Positions 38,719 to 48,209 of a stretch of 64,000 nt of DNA are shown here, one piece after another. The stretch covers positions 448,001-512,000 of the forward strand of contig CAXXSL010000016.1 in the NCBI GenBank assembly GCA_963675525.2. The letters are read 5' to 3'. Positions within the stretch are counted from its first letter, which is position 1. Every line of letters begins with the position of its first letter. The position numbers and the translations under genes were made by a program. A model generated the notes under the pieces. That model did not search any database. It was not told the DNA's origin and saw only the letters and a list, made by a program, of their open reading frames with translations. This DNA is from Anaerohalosphaeraceae bacterium (GTDB lineage: Bacteria; Planctomycetota; Phycisphaerae; Sedimentisphaerales; Anaerohalosphaeraceae).

Positions 38719-39933
38719 TTATGGCTTCGATACCAACTTTCCAAAATCCGAGCCGGCGGGATTCTGGAAAACGCGCAGACCAAACTGGGGCACAGCGGCA
38801 AGAATATGGTCGAAAATGTCCGCCTGAATCGCCTCGTAATTGGCCCAGACCTTGTCGCTACAGAAAACATAGATCTCAATGGGCAGGCCGTACTCGGTAG
38901 GCTTTAATTGCCGCACCAGAAACGTCATGTTTTTATTGATCTTTGGATGGTTCTTCAGATACGCAACTACATACGCGCGAAACGTACCGACATTGGTCAT
39001 CCGCCGGCCGTTGACCAGTTCGCTGTCATCGACATTGCCGGCGTTATTGTGTTCGTCAATCTCGCGTTTTTTCGAATCAATGTACTCCGTCAGATACTGA
39101 ATTCTGCGAAACTTGTTCAACATTGCCTCATCACAAAACTGAATGGTGTTCATGTCAATATTGATGGGTCGTTTAATCCGCCGTCCGCCGGACTCGCTCA
39201 TGCCCCGCCAGTTTTTGAATGAATCGCTGATGAGAGCATAAGCCGGAATTGTGGAGATAGTCTTGTCCCAGTTCTGCACTTTCACGGTCGTCAGCGAAAT
39301 GTCGATCACATCACCGTCAGCGCCGTACTTGGGCATTTCAATCCAGTCGCCCATATGCACCATATTATTGGCCGAAAGCTGAATACCCGCTACAAACCCG
39401 AGAATCGCATCTTTGAAAATCAGCATCAGTACCGCGGTCATGGCACCGAAGCCGGCGAGAATCTTGGTGGGGTCCCTACCGACAAGCATCCCGAGTATCA
39501 TGATGCCGGCGGCGATAATGAAGATAATCTTGACAAGTTGCATAAAGCCGCGAATCGGCATCCGGCGGGCAAATTCGAAGGTGCGGTAGATATCGACCAC
39601 GCTGTTGAGAAACGCATTGATGACCAGCAGTCCAACGACAATCATATAAATGACAGCCGCAAGCTGCATGTTAATCAAATCCGTTGGAGCCAGATAATAA
39701 ATGATAACGGCGGGCACCAGATGCGACATCAGCGTAAAAACGCCCCGCTTCATGAGGAAATCATCCCATTGGGTGGATGTGGTCTTGACAAGACGATTCA
39801 CCAGCCGCAGGATAATCTTCTTGGTAATATAATTGGCGAAAAAAGCCAGTAAAAGAACCAGCACCAGCAGAATCGCTTCATTCAAAACCGGCGGCAGCGA
39901 TAATCCCTTAAACCATTCGATTAATGCTTCCAT
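38719..39933 (-). CDS. Mechanosensitive channel MscS family (YbdG/MscM-like)
   Basis: LIFKDAILGFVAGIQL, GDWIEMP, VKVQNWDKTI, NWRGMSESGGRRIKR, TNVGTFRAY. Confidence 0.93.
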   Translation of the reverse strand: MEALIEWFKGLSLPPVLNEAILLVLVLLLAFFANYITKKIILRLVNRLVKTTSTQWDDFLMKRGVFTLMSHLVPAVIIYYLAPTDLINMQLAAVIYMIVVGLLVINAFLNSVVDIYRTFEFARRMPIRGFMQLVKIIFIIAAGIMILGMLVGRDPTKILAGFGAMTAVLMLIFKDAILGFVAGIQLSANNMVHMGDWIEMPKYGADGDVIDISLTTVKVQNWDKTISTIPAYALISDSFKNWRGMSESGGRRIKRPINIDMNTIQFCDEAMLNKFRRIQYLTEYIDSKKREIDEHNNAGNVDDSELVNGRRMTNVGTFRAYVVAYLKNHPKINKNMTFLVRQLKPTEYGLPIEIYVFCSDKVWANYEAIQADIFDHILAAVPQFGLRVFQNPAGSDFGKLVSKP

Positions 39934-39951
39934 GCGGTTTCCTTTGGAATC

Positions 39952-40170
39952 TTATCCGTTAAAGTTCGGGCAGCCGCCCGCACTGTGACAGGTTTGGCAT
40001 TTTGAGGCCGGGGAAGCGGGCTCTTTGACTACGGCGGCAAAGGTGGAAAACTGCTTTTCGGTCTTCTTGTGGCCGCATTCGGGGCAGGCCGGGGCCTTGC
40101 TGTCGGACGATTTGACAAGCACTTCATTGATAAACCCGCATTCGGGGCACTTATACTCAAAAATCGGCAT
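39952..40170 (-). CDS. FmdB family zinc-ribbon protein
   Basis: MPIFEYKCPECG...CPECG. Confidence 0.88.
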   Translation of the reverse strand: MPIFEYKCPECGFINEVLVKSSDSKAPACPECGHKKTEKQFSTFAAVVKEPASPASKCQTCHSAGGCPNFNG

Positions 40171-40274
40171 CTTACACCTCAAATACCTCGTTTTTCCTTA
40201 TTTACTATAACACGGCAAGTATCATAGCATATTCGCAACTTCTTTCAAAAACTAATCTTATTAGGAGCCGTCAC

Positions 40275-40300
40275 AAAAAAAGCCCGCCATCTGGCGGGCT
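40275..40300 (-). terminator. Intrinsic terminator after the CoA-disulfide reductase gene
   Basis: Minus strand AGCCCGCCAGATGGCGGGCTTTTTTT. Confidence 0.8.
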
Positions 40301-40325
40301 CCGAATGGAGAAAACTATTTTTTTT

Positions 40326-42794
40326 TTAAATGAACAGGTTCACGCCGGCAGATTCGGCCTGGTTGAGATACATGGCCACGCCGCCTTCTTCGACGCCGTC
40401 GATGAGTTCTTCTTTATGAATTCCCATCAGGTCCATTGACATTGCACAGGCGACGAGGCGGACGCCGTTTTCTCTGGCGTTGTTAATCAGCTCGGTTAGT
40501 GAGGCGACATTTTTCTTTTTCATAATCCCTTTAATCATCATGGTTCCCACCCCGGCCATGTTCATTTTGGACAGGGTTGTTTTTTCGGCGCCGCGCGGCA
40601 TCATCCAGCCGAACATTGTTTCAATGAAATTCTTTTTCACTTGAATTGACTCGGGTCTTCGCAGCAGATTCAGCCCCCAGAATGTAAAGAACATCGTGAC
40701 CTGGCTGCCCATCGCGGCGGCACCGTTGGCAATGATGAATGCCGCCATGGCCTTATCGAAATCACCGCTAAAGACCACCATCGTCTTTTTTTTGCTGTCT
40801 GTGTGGTGCAGGGTCGATGCACAGACAGCTGCTTTGGCTACGGTTGCCTGATATTGCCCGGCGGCGGTTGTCACTTCCAGACACCGATTGCCTGTGCTTT
40901 CGCACCAGCCTTTGACATCCGGCAGAAAGCCGGGATCTGTACTGGTGATACGCACGGCCTGTCCGGGCAATAACGATTCGGAGGCTTCTTTGAGCTTTAG
41001 AATCGGCCCGGGACACTGAAGACCGCATGCATCGATTGTTTTGACAATTTCCGTTGTTTTCTGAACCGGTTCTTCCGTATGGCCGGTATCACTTTTCAAT
41101 TCTTTCCTCGGCGAGTCACTTGCCGCCTGAATCCCTTCGGCGGCACAATAGGTTTTATAGCCCCCTGATAAATTTCGACATTTAAAACCATTCTGTGTCA
41201 GGATGCGGCAGGCCAGATAGCCCCGCAACCCCACCTGACAGAATACCAATATTTCCTTATCTTTCGACAGTTCATCGAGACGGGCGCGCAGATCATCAAG
41301 GGGGATATTGACAGCACCGGGGATCGTCCCGGCCTGTACTTCGGCAGGTGTGCGAACATCGAGCAGCTTCTGGTTTTGGGCAGGATTTTCAACATCGGCA
41401 ACATGACAGATTGCCGCATCACCGTTGAGAATATTCGAGGCAACAAAACCGGCGTAGTTAACCGGGTCCTTGGCCGAACCGTACGGCGGGGCATAACACA
41501 ACTCCACATCCCGCAACTGGTGAACGGTTAGTCCGGCCCGCATGGCTACGGCAATCACATCAATACGTTTATCGACACCCTTTACACCGACCGCCTGAGC
41601 ACCGAGAATCTTGCCGGTATCGGGATCGAAGAGCAGTTTGAGACTGATCTGTGTCGCACCGGGATAATAGCCTGCGTGATTGGCCGGATGTACATAGATT
41701 TTTTCATAGTTGATGCCGGCGCGTTTAAGGTTCTTTTCATTCATACCGGTTGTGGCGACCGCCAGATTGAAGACTTTGCAAATCGCCGTGCCTTGTGTGT
41801 TGTGATAGACGCTTTTTTTGCCGCAGATGTTATCGGCGGCGATGCGGCCCTGCCGATTGGCGGGGCCAGCCAGCGGAATCAGTGTTTCAAATCCCCCAAT
41901 GAAATCCGTTACTTCGACGGCATCGCCCACCGCATAGATGGCCGGGTCGCTGGTCTGCATGTGTTCATTGACTTTAATCCCGCCGCGGGGACCGATTTGG
42001 AGCTTTGCCTCGCTGGCCAGTTTGGTTTCGGGTCGAACGCCAATGGCCAGAATAACCAAATCCGTTTTCAGCAAATCGCCGTTGCTTAAATTGACATCCA
42101 ATCCGTTTTCATTCTTTTCAATCCCATTGATGCTGGTGTTAATATGAAGGTCAACGCCGTTCAATATTAGTTCCTGATGAAGCGGAAAAGCCATTTCCGG
42201 ATCAACGGTACCCATCACCTGTGGCGCCAACTCCACCAGCGAAACTTTCAGACCCCGTTCGATGAGGGCTTCGGCCATTTCCAGACCGATATAACCGCCG
42301 CCGACAATGACCGCATGACCTGACTTGTTTTCGTCAACCTCCTTCTTGATGGCATCCATGTTGGGTATTGACCGCAAAGTATAAACCTGCTTTAAATCCG
42401 CACCCGGAATAGGCGGGCGTATGGGGTCTGCACCCGGACTGAGAACCAAAGCGTCATAAGTCTCAGTGTATTCTTCGCCGGTATGCAAATTATGCACGAC
42501 AACTTCCTTTTGGTCACGATCAATGCGAATCACTTCAGATTGAATGCGTACATCAATCCTGAACCGTTTCTTCATATTCTCGGGCGTCTGAACCAGAAGC
42601 CGTTTGCGGTCCGAGATCGCATTTGAGATATGATACGGCAGGCCGCAATTGGCAAATGAAATATACGGCCCCCGTTCAAACATCACGATTTCGGCCTTTT
42701 CATCCAGTCTCCGAAGCCTGGCGGCGGCGGACGCTCCGCCGGCAACACCACCAATAATGAGAACACGTTTATTATTCGAAATACGACTGACCAT
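40326..42794 (-). CDS. CoA-disulfide/persulfide reductase fused to rhodanese, TusA and DsrE/F-like domains
   Basis: GGVAGG FAD motif, SFANCGLPY redox Cys, YAPP, rhodanese FCQVGLRG, TusA CPGP, DsrE2-like FFTFWGL and ACAMSMD. Confidence 0.93.
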   Translation of the reverse strand: MVSRISNNKRVLIIGGVAGGASAAARLRRLDEKAEIVMFERGPYISFANCGLPYHISNAISDRKRLLVQTPENMKKRFRIDVRIQSEVIRIDRDQKEVVVHNLHTGEEYTETYDALVLSPGADPIRPPIPGADLKQVYTLRSIPNMDAIKKEVDENKSGHAVIVGGGYIGLEMAEALIERGLKVSLVELAPQVMGTVDPEMAFPLHQELILNGVDLHINTSINGIEKNENGLDVNLSNGDLLKTDLVILAIGVRPETKLASEAKLQIGPRGGIKVNEHMQTSDPAIYAVGDAVEVTDFIGGFETLIPLAGPANRQGRIAADNICGKKSVYHNTQGTAICKVFNLAVATTGMNEKNLKRAGINYEKIYVHPANHAGYYPGATQISLKLLFDPDTGKILGAQAVGVKGVDKRIDVIAVAMRAGLTVHQLRDVELCYAPPYGSAKDPVNYAGFVASNILNGDAAICHVADVENPAQNQKLLDVRTPAEVQAGTIPGAVNIPLDDLRARLDELSKDKEILVFCQVGLRGYLACRILTQNGFKCRNLSGGYKTYCAAEGIQAASDSPRKELKSDTGHTEEPVQKTTEIVKTIDACGLQCPGPILKLKEASESLLPGQAVRITSTDPGFLPDVKGWCESTGNRCLEVTTAAGQYQATVAKAAVCASTLHHTDSKKKTMVVFSGDFDKAMAAFIIANGAAAMGSQVTMFFTFWGLNLLRRPESIQVKKNFIETMFGWMMPRGAEKTTLSKMNMAGVGTMMIKGIMKKKNVASLTELINNARENGVRLVACAMSMDLMGIHKEELIDGVEEGGVAMYLNQAESAGVNLFI

Positions 42795-42798
42795 TTAA

Positions 42799-43125
42799 TT
42801 ACTCCTTGGTTTCAATTTGACAATTATTACGGATACAATGAATGAGGCCGGGTAGCTGGGGGTTGGCGATCTTATAATAGACCGTCCTGCCCCGACGTTC
42901 GCTGCTCAGCAATCCATGACCTTTCAACAATCGAAGATGTTCACACGTTTGATTGGCGGATGTTTTACATAACTCCGCAATCTCATGGACGGCGTATTCG
43001 CCCTGCATTAAAATATTGACTATTCTGAGGCGAACCGGGTGAGCCATCACCTTGAGGCATTCGGCAGCCCTATCCAGCAATTCATCCGTCAGAAATTCTA
43101 TTTGTCCCATTTTCTCATTCATCAT
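42799..43125 (-). CDS. ArsR/SmtB family regulator
   Basis: LKVMAHPVRLRI, HLRLLK..GLL...RRGRTVYY. Confidence 0.9.
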   Translation of the reverse strand: MMNEKMGQIEFLTDELLDRAAECLKVMAHPVRLRIVNILMQGEYAVHEIAELCKTSANQTCEHLRLLKGHGLLSSERRGRTVYYKIANPQLPGLIHCIRNNCQIETKE

Positions 43126-43165
43126 AAAGTACTCACATAACGATAATATAACTTACGTCTCAATA

Positions 43166-43183
43166 TATCGATAGTTCTCGATA
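43166..43183 (-). promoter_or_regulatory. Putative ArsR operator in the arsR promoter spacer
   Basis: TATCGA-N6-TCGATA inverted repeat between minus-strand TTGAAT and TATATT boxes. Confidence 0.55.
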
Positions 43184-43238
43184 ATTCAATGTTTTATTTT
43201 AAAATCCCAGAGAAAATCAACATTAGTCTTCGTGTCTT

Positions 43239-43256
43239 ATGTGATTTCTTTCACAA
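43239..43256. promoter_or_regulatory. Rex operator 1
   Basis: ATGTGATTTCTTTCACAA compared with consensus TTGTGAAnnnnTTCACAA. Confidence 0.7.
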
Positions 43257-43298
43257 TAAAATATCTTTTATTTGTTCAACATTACATGTTATTGGGGC

Positions 43299-43327
43299 TT
43301 GACACCCCCCTGTAAAATCCTTATATT
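43299..43327 (+). promoter_or_regulatory. Sigma70 promoter of the rex-hydrogenase operon
   Basis: TTGACA-17nt-TATATT. Confidence 0.7.
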
Positions 43328-43337
43328 TAACTAAAGA

Positions 43338-43355
43338 TTGTGAATGTGAACACAA
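43338..43355. promoter_or_regulatory. Rex operator 2
   Basis: TTGTGAATGTGAACACAA just downstream of the -10 box. Confidence 0.72.
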
Positions 43356-43387
43356 ACACTAAATAACAAAAAAAGAACGCTTCGGCG

Positions 43388-44002
43388 ATGAAATACCAGA
43401 AGATACCTGACGAGACAATACGACGGATGCCGATGTACCTGAGAGCGTTTTCAATACTGAAAAACGAGGATCAGGCATACATCTCCAGTAGTAAGCTTGC
43501 TGAACGGCTGCATCTGAACCCCCCGCAGATACGTAAAGATCTGTCTTATTTCGGTGCATTTGGCACACGCGGGATCGGTTACCCCGTAGCCTCAACCGCT
43601 GAGCAAATCCGCGGGATCTTGAAACTGGACGTCGCCCAGAAAGCCGTTCTTGTGGGGGCCGGACGGCTTGGAACGGCAATCGCCGAATATCCAGGATTTA
43701 AAATGTTCGGTTTTGAGATCGCGGCAGTCTTTGACAATAACCAAAGTAAAATCGGTACAAAAGTCGGTAAAAACATTGTAGAAGACATCGCCGAAATCAG
43801 TACAATCAGACAGCGCGATATTCATCTGGCTATCTTGGCAGTACCGGCCGACGCCGCACAGTCTGTTGTCGACATGTTCGTGGGTTGTCACATTAAAGGC
43901 ATCCTGAATCTGTCGCCGTGTTATGTGGTCGTCCCGAAGTGGGTCAAAGTCGTCACGATCGATATCGCAATGGAACTGGGAATACTGCCCTACTATATAT
44001 AG
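43388..44002 (+). CDS. rex: Redox-sensing repressor Rex
   Basis: IP..TIRRMP.Y, QIRKDLSYFGAFGTRGIGY, VGAGRLG, IKGILN. Confidence 0.95.
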   Translation: MKYQKIPDETIRRMPMYLRAFSILKNEDQAYISSSKLAERLHLNPPQIRKDLSYFGAFGTRGIGYPVASTAEQIRGILKLDVAQKAVLVGAGRLGTAIAEYPGFKMFGFEIAAVFDNNQSKIGTKVGKNIVEDIAEISTIRQRDIHLAILAVPADAAQSVVDMFVGCHIKGILNLSPCYVVVPKWVKVVTIDIAMELGILPYYI

Positions 44003-44047
44003 GAAAAATAAACTAAAGCGAAAACAGTTATAGGAAATGGAAAAGCC

Positions 44048-45085
44048 ATGAGTGTAAGCACAGTAACGAAAGAACAATTCAAGCAGTTTGTCTCATCGCT
44101 GATCGGTTCTGAACAACAGGTTGTAGGTGTGCAGGCCAAGGCTGACAAATTTGCATTCGGCGAACTGAAAAACGCTGACGATCTGCGTTTGGATTATGAC
44201 GTCACGATCTTACCGCCGAAAAAATATGTCCTGCCGCAAAAGGAAACCCTGATGTCTTTCCAGGTCGGCGGTGACAGCCAGAGTATTCAGGATTGCGGAA
44301 AGATTGTCCTGCTGGGTGTCCACCCGTATGACATGGTGGCCATCAACCAGATGGATGAACTGTTCAGCCAGGGGGAATATGACACCCATTATATGAACCG
44401 CCGCAAAAACATTACGATTATCGCATGTGATGTTGTCACGGCCAGCAAGAATGTATTCGCCACGTCGATGAACACCGCGACAGTCGATTCCGGTTATGAC
44501 ATTCTTTTGACCGACATCGGCAATGCTTATGTGGTGGATGCCGCTACTGAAAAAGGTGAAGCGCTGGTCAAAATGATGGCCGGTGCCGCCGCAGCCAGCG
44601 ATGATCTGAAAAAACGCAGCGCCGTTCAGGAAAAGAACACGGCCCGCCTGGATCAGCACAAGCTTGAGTGCAAACCATCGTTTTTGCCCAAGCTCCTGGA
44701 AAAGACCTACGACCACCCGGTCTGGGAAGAAAAAGCCAGCCTGTGCTATTCCTGCGGCTCGTGCAATCAGGTCTGTCCGACCTGTTATTGTTTCGATGTA
44801 CAGGATGAAGTCAACTGGGACCTGAAAACGGGCTGTCGTTACCGGGCGTGGGACGGCTGTCTGCTGCAAAACTTCGCGACGGTCGCGGGCAACCATAACT
44901 TCCGCAAAAATCGAGCCGACCGGTTCCGTCACCGCCTGTATCGCAAGGGCAAGTATGTTCCGGGCAAGATCGACGGGCAGATCGCCTGTGTTGGCTGCGG
45001 TCGCTGTATCACAGCCTGCACGGCGAAAATCGCCAACCCCGTGGAAATTTACAATGAATTAATGGAACAAACAGAAATCGGTTAA
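44048..45085 (+). CDS. Group 3b [NiFe]-hydrogenase (sulfhydrogenase) beta subunit, 4Fe-4S (AsrA-like)
   Basis: CYSCGSCNQVCPTCYCF, WDGC, CVGCGRCITAC. Confidence 0.9.
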   Translation: MSVSTVTKEQFKQFVSSLIGSEQQVVGVQAKADKFAFGELKNADDLRLDYDVTILPPKKYVLPQKETLMSFQVGGDSQSIQDCGKIVLLGVHPYDMVAINQMDELFSQGEYDTHYMNRRKNITIIACDVVTASKNVFATSMNTATVDSGYDILLTDIGNAYVVDAATEKGEALVKMMAGAAAASDDLKKRSAVQEKNTARLDQHKLECKPSFLPKLLEKTYDHPVWEEKASLCYSCGSCNQVCPTCYCFDVQDEVNWDLKTGCRYRAWDGCLLQNFATVAGNHNFRKNRADRFRHRLYRKGKYVPGKIDGQIACVGCGRCITACTAKIANPVEIYNELMEQTEIG

Positions 45086-45126
45086 TCCGTCCCTTTTCGG
45101 GACTCCAATGATAAGGAGAAAGACAC

Positions 45127-45963
45127 ATGTGTGAATGTTGTAGCGGCAAGAAAGATATTTATCTGCCCGAACTGTGTACGATCACCAAACGCCGGATGCT
45201 GAACGGGACTGAGTTGTTCCTGCATCTGGAAAAGGATTCCGGCGACGATTTTGACTATATGCCGGGTCAGTTCGTGGAAGTTTCGGTCGCGGGCATCGGT
45301 GAAGCACCGATCTCCATTTCTTCATCCCCGACCCAAAAGGGACTGGAACTGGTTGTCCGCAATGTCGGTAGTCTGACCAAAGTGATCCATAAGTTGGAAG
45401 TCGGCGACAAACTGGGGATTCGCGGACCCTACGGTTCGACATATCCGGTCGAAGAGTCCAAAGGCAAGGATTTGGTCTTCATTTGCGGCGGCATCGGATT
45501 GGTTCCGCAGCGGTCCTTTATTCGCTACGCCCTGGACCACCGTCAGGATTACGGCAAGATCACGGTCCTGATCGGTACCAAGTGCCATGATATGCGGCTG
45601 TTCCGTGAAGAGATCGCCATGTGGCAGGAACGCAAAGACATGACCGTCACTGAAACCGTCGACGAATCGCACGAATGCTGGAACGGCAATGTCGGTGTCG
45701 TAACCACGCTGATTCCGAAGATCGAAAGCGACCTGCCGAAAAGTCAGGTTCTGGTCTGCGGTCCTCCGATCATGTACAAATTCGTACTGATGGCGCTGGC
45801 GGAAGCGGATGTGCCGGAATCACAAATTTATGTCAATCTTGAACGAAGAATGAAATGCGGCGTCGGAAAATGCGGCCACTGCCAGATGAATGAACATTAC
45901 GTCTGTCAGGACGGTCCCGTATTCCGTTACAGCGACTTAGCCAGTGTACCGGAGGCGATATAA
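45127..45963 (+). CDS. Sulfhydrogenase gamma subunit (FAD/NAD(P)-binding, 2Fe-2S)
   Basis: PGQF, EAPISISS, RGPYG, GGIG, CGPPIM, ERRMKCGVGKCGHC...CQDGPVF. Confidence 0.92.
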   Translation: MCECCSGKKDIYLPELCTITKRRMLNGTELFLHLEKDSGDDFDYMPGQFVEVSVAGIGEAPISISSSPTQKGLELVVRNVGSLTKVIHKLEVGDKLGIRGPYGSTYPVEESKGKDLVFICGGIGLVPQRSFIRYALDHRQDYGKITVLIGTKCHDMRLFREEIAMWQERKDMTVTETVDESHECWNGNVGVVTTLIPKIESDLPKSQVLVCGPPIMYKFVLMALAEADVPESQIYVNLERRMKCGVGKCGHCQMNEHYVCQDGPVFRYSDLASVPEAI

Positions 45964-45964
45964 A

Positions 45965-46696
45965 ATGAGTAAACCAAGAGTAGCTATATTCGATTTTGCG
46001 TGTTGTGAAGGTTGCCAGTTACAAATCGTCAACCTTGAAGAAGAAATCCTGAACCTGATTGATGTTGTCGATGTGGTGGAGTGGCGTGAAGCCATGAGCG
46101 AGCAAAGTCACGAGTATGACATTGCCATCATCGAAGGCTCGATTACCCGTGAAGAAGATGCCAAACGGCTGGAAGTCATCCGCAGCCGGGCTAAAATCCT
46201 CATCGCATTGGGCGCCTGTGCCACCATGGGCGGCGTCAACAAGATGAAGAATAACTTTGACCTGGACGAAGTTCGCCAATGTGTTTACGGCAAAGACGGC
46301 CAGATGCCGCATTTGAACACGGAGAAGACCCGTGCTTGTGATGAAGTCGTGACGGTTGATTTCAAGATTCACGGCTGTCCCATCAATGGTGCCGAATTCG
46401 CCCAGATCATTCGTTCATTGTTGGTCGGCAAGGCTCCGTTTGTGCCGGATTATCCGGTCTGCGTCGAGTGCAAAGCCAAAGAAAACATCTGCCGCTATGA
46501 ATACAATGAAATCTGCCTGGGGCCGATCATTCGGGCCGGTTGCGATGCTCCCTGCCCCAGTGCAGGCTGGCGATGCTTCGGCTGCCGGGGCATGGTCGAT
46601 AACCCCAATGTGGAAGCCGCTCAGGAGGTCATGGACAAATATGGGTTGACTGTCGAAGACCTGAAACAAAAAATGGTATTGTTTAACACTAAATAA
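45965..46696 (+). CDS. [NiFe]-hydrogenase small (delta) subunit
   Basis: CCEGC, EGSI, GACA..GG, GCP, VC.EC, CLGP, CP, CFGCRG. Confidence 0.93.
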   Translation: MSKPRVAIFDFACCEGCQLQIVNLEEEILNLIDVVDVVEWREAMSEQSHEYDIAIIEGSITREEDAKRLEVIRSRAKILIALGACATMGGVNKMKNNFDLDEVRQCVYGKDGQMPHLNTEKTRACDEVVTVDFKIHGCPINGAEFAQIIRSLLVGKAPFVPDYPVCVECKAKENICRYEYNEICLGPIIRAGCDAPCPSAGWRCFGCRGMVDNPNVEAAQEVMDKYGLTVEDLKQKMVLFNTK

Positions 46697-46709
46697 ACAG
46701 GGGACTGTC

Positions 46710-48041
46710 ATGAGTAAAAATATTAATATAAACGTTCATCACCTTACACGCGTTGAAGGCCACGGTAATATCGCGGTCAACATCAACGACGGAACGATTG
46801 AAAAGTGCGAATGGCAAGTACCTGAAGCCCCGCGTTTCTTCGAAGCAATGGTTCGCGGCCGCCGCTATGACGACATTCAAACAATCGTATCGCGTATTTG
46901 TGGCATCTGCTCGATTTCACACTCACTGGTCGCCACCAAAGCTGTGGAAGACGCATTGGGTCTGGAAGTGACCGAACAGGCGGACATGGTACGGCATTTG
47001 ATGCATTACTCCGAACAGCTTCAAAGCCATGTCCTGCACGTCGGCTATCTGGTCGCTCCGGATCTGTTCGGTGAAAAATCGGTTGTGCCGCTGGTTCCAA
47101 AAGCAACGGAAGCGGTTTTAAAAATTGTCAAGTGTCACCGTGTTGCCAACCAGATGTCCGCCTTGCTGGCCGGACGTATTACTCATCCGATTACGCTGAC
47201 ACCCGGCGGCATGACCCGGGTTCCGACCGAAGAGGAACTGAAAAACCTCAAAGCCGCGTTGGAAGATTGTGTGCCGGACCTCGTGGACGTTTGTAAGGTG
47301 GTTCTGAGTGTTGCGGGCAATCTGCCCAACTTCCAACGTGAAACCGAATACGTTTCGCTCAAGCAGACCAACCCGCTCTACAAAGGCACGCTGTCGGAAT
47401 ACTCGTTCTATCACGGCGATATTACCAGTACCGATGTCAACGGTGACGGCGACATGCCGGTCAACAAGTGGGAAAGCGTTGCAAATGAATATGTTGTTCC
47501 GCAGTCCACCGCCAAATGGTGCAAGTGGCATCGTGATTCATACTTTGCCGGGGCAATCTCTCGCTATAAAAACCAGTCACAGTTCCTCAGCCCGCTGGCC
47601 AAAGCGGTAGAAAAGATGTTCGGCCTGACGACAGCTGCTGTGAATCCGTTTATGAATAACGTTGCTCAGTTGGTCGAGGCGGCCCATGTGGTCGAAGCCA
47701 GCCTTGAACTGATCGATAAATTGCTGACTAAGGGCATCAAACAGGAAACCGTCAAGGTAACGCCGAAGGCCGGCCGGGGTTATGCCGCCATCGAAGCACC
47801 GCGCGGCATCCTGTTCCACGCTTATGAATTCGACAAGAACGGCGAATGCACCTGGGGCAACTGCTGTATCCCGACCAATCAGAACCATGCGAATATTCAG
47901 AAAGACTTCGAAAAGCTGGTTCCGCAGTTTATGGGCGAAGGCGAAGACGCCCTGCGGCAGAAGATGGAAATGCTGGTGCGTGCCTACGACCCCTGTATTT
48001 CCTGCTCGACCCACATGCTCAATGTGGAATTCGTAAAATAA
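46710..48041 (+). CDS. [NiFe]-hydrogenase large (alpha) subunit, group 3b
   Basis: RVEGHG, PRFFE, RICGIC (L1), EAPRG, DPCISCSTH (L2) plus cleavable tail MLNVEFVK. Confidence 0.96.
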   Translation: MSKNININVHHLTRVEGHGNIAVNINDGTIEKCEWQVPEAPRFFEAMVRGRRYDDIQTIVSRICGICSISHSLVATKAVEDALGLEVTEQADMVRHLMHYSEQLQSHVLHVGYLVAPDLFGEKSVVPLVPKATEAVLKIVKCHRVANQMSALLAGRITHPITLTPGGMTRVPTEEELKNLKAALEDCVPDLVDVCKVVLSVAGNLPNFQRETEYVSLKQTNPLYKGTLSEYSFYHGDITSTDVNGDGDMPVNKWESVANEYVVPQSTAKWCKWHRDSYFAGAISRYKNQSQFLSPLAKAVEKMFGLTTAAVNPFMNNVAQLVEAAHVVEASLELIDKLLTKGIKQETVKVTPKAGRGYAAIEAPRGILFHAYEFDKNGECTWGNCCIPTNQNHANIQKDFEKLVPQFMGEGEDALRQKMEMLVRAYDPCISCSTHMLNVEFVK

Positions 48042-48065
48042 TCCCACAAACAGACTCAATACCCC

Positions 48066-48096
48066 AAAGCCCCGGCCTAAAAACCGGGGTTTTTTT
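48066..48096 (+). terminator. Intrinsic terminator of the hydrogenase operon
   Basis: GCCCCGG-loop-CCGGGGT followed by a T run. Confidence 0.8.
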
Positions 48097-48209
48097 CTGA
48101 GTAAAAACACCCAATTTCTGCCGAAACCAGAGAAACCCCGTATTTACCACGTGTTGCAATTCCGCGATTAGTATCTATAATAACAGATACATAAAGGTAG
48201 ATTATATGA

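Noticed and set aside
46710..48041. Selenocysteine ([NiFeSe]) hydrogenase
   Set aside because: The C-terminal motif is DPCISC with ordinary Cys codons and no in-frame TGA.
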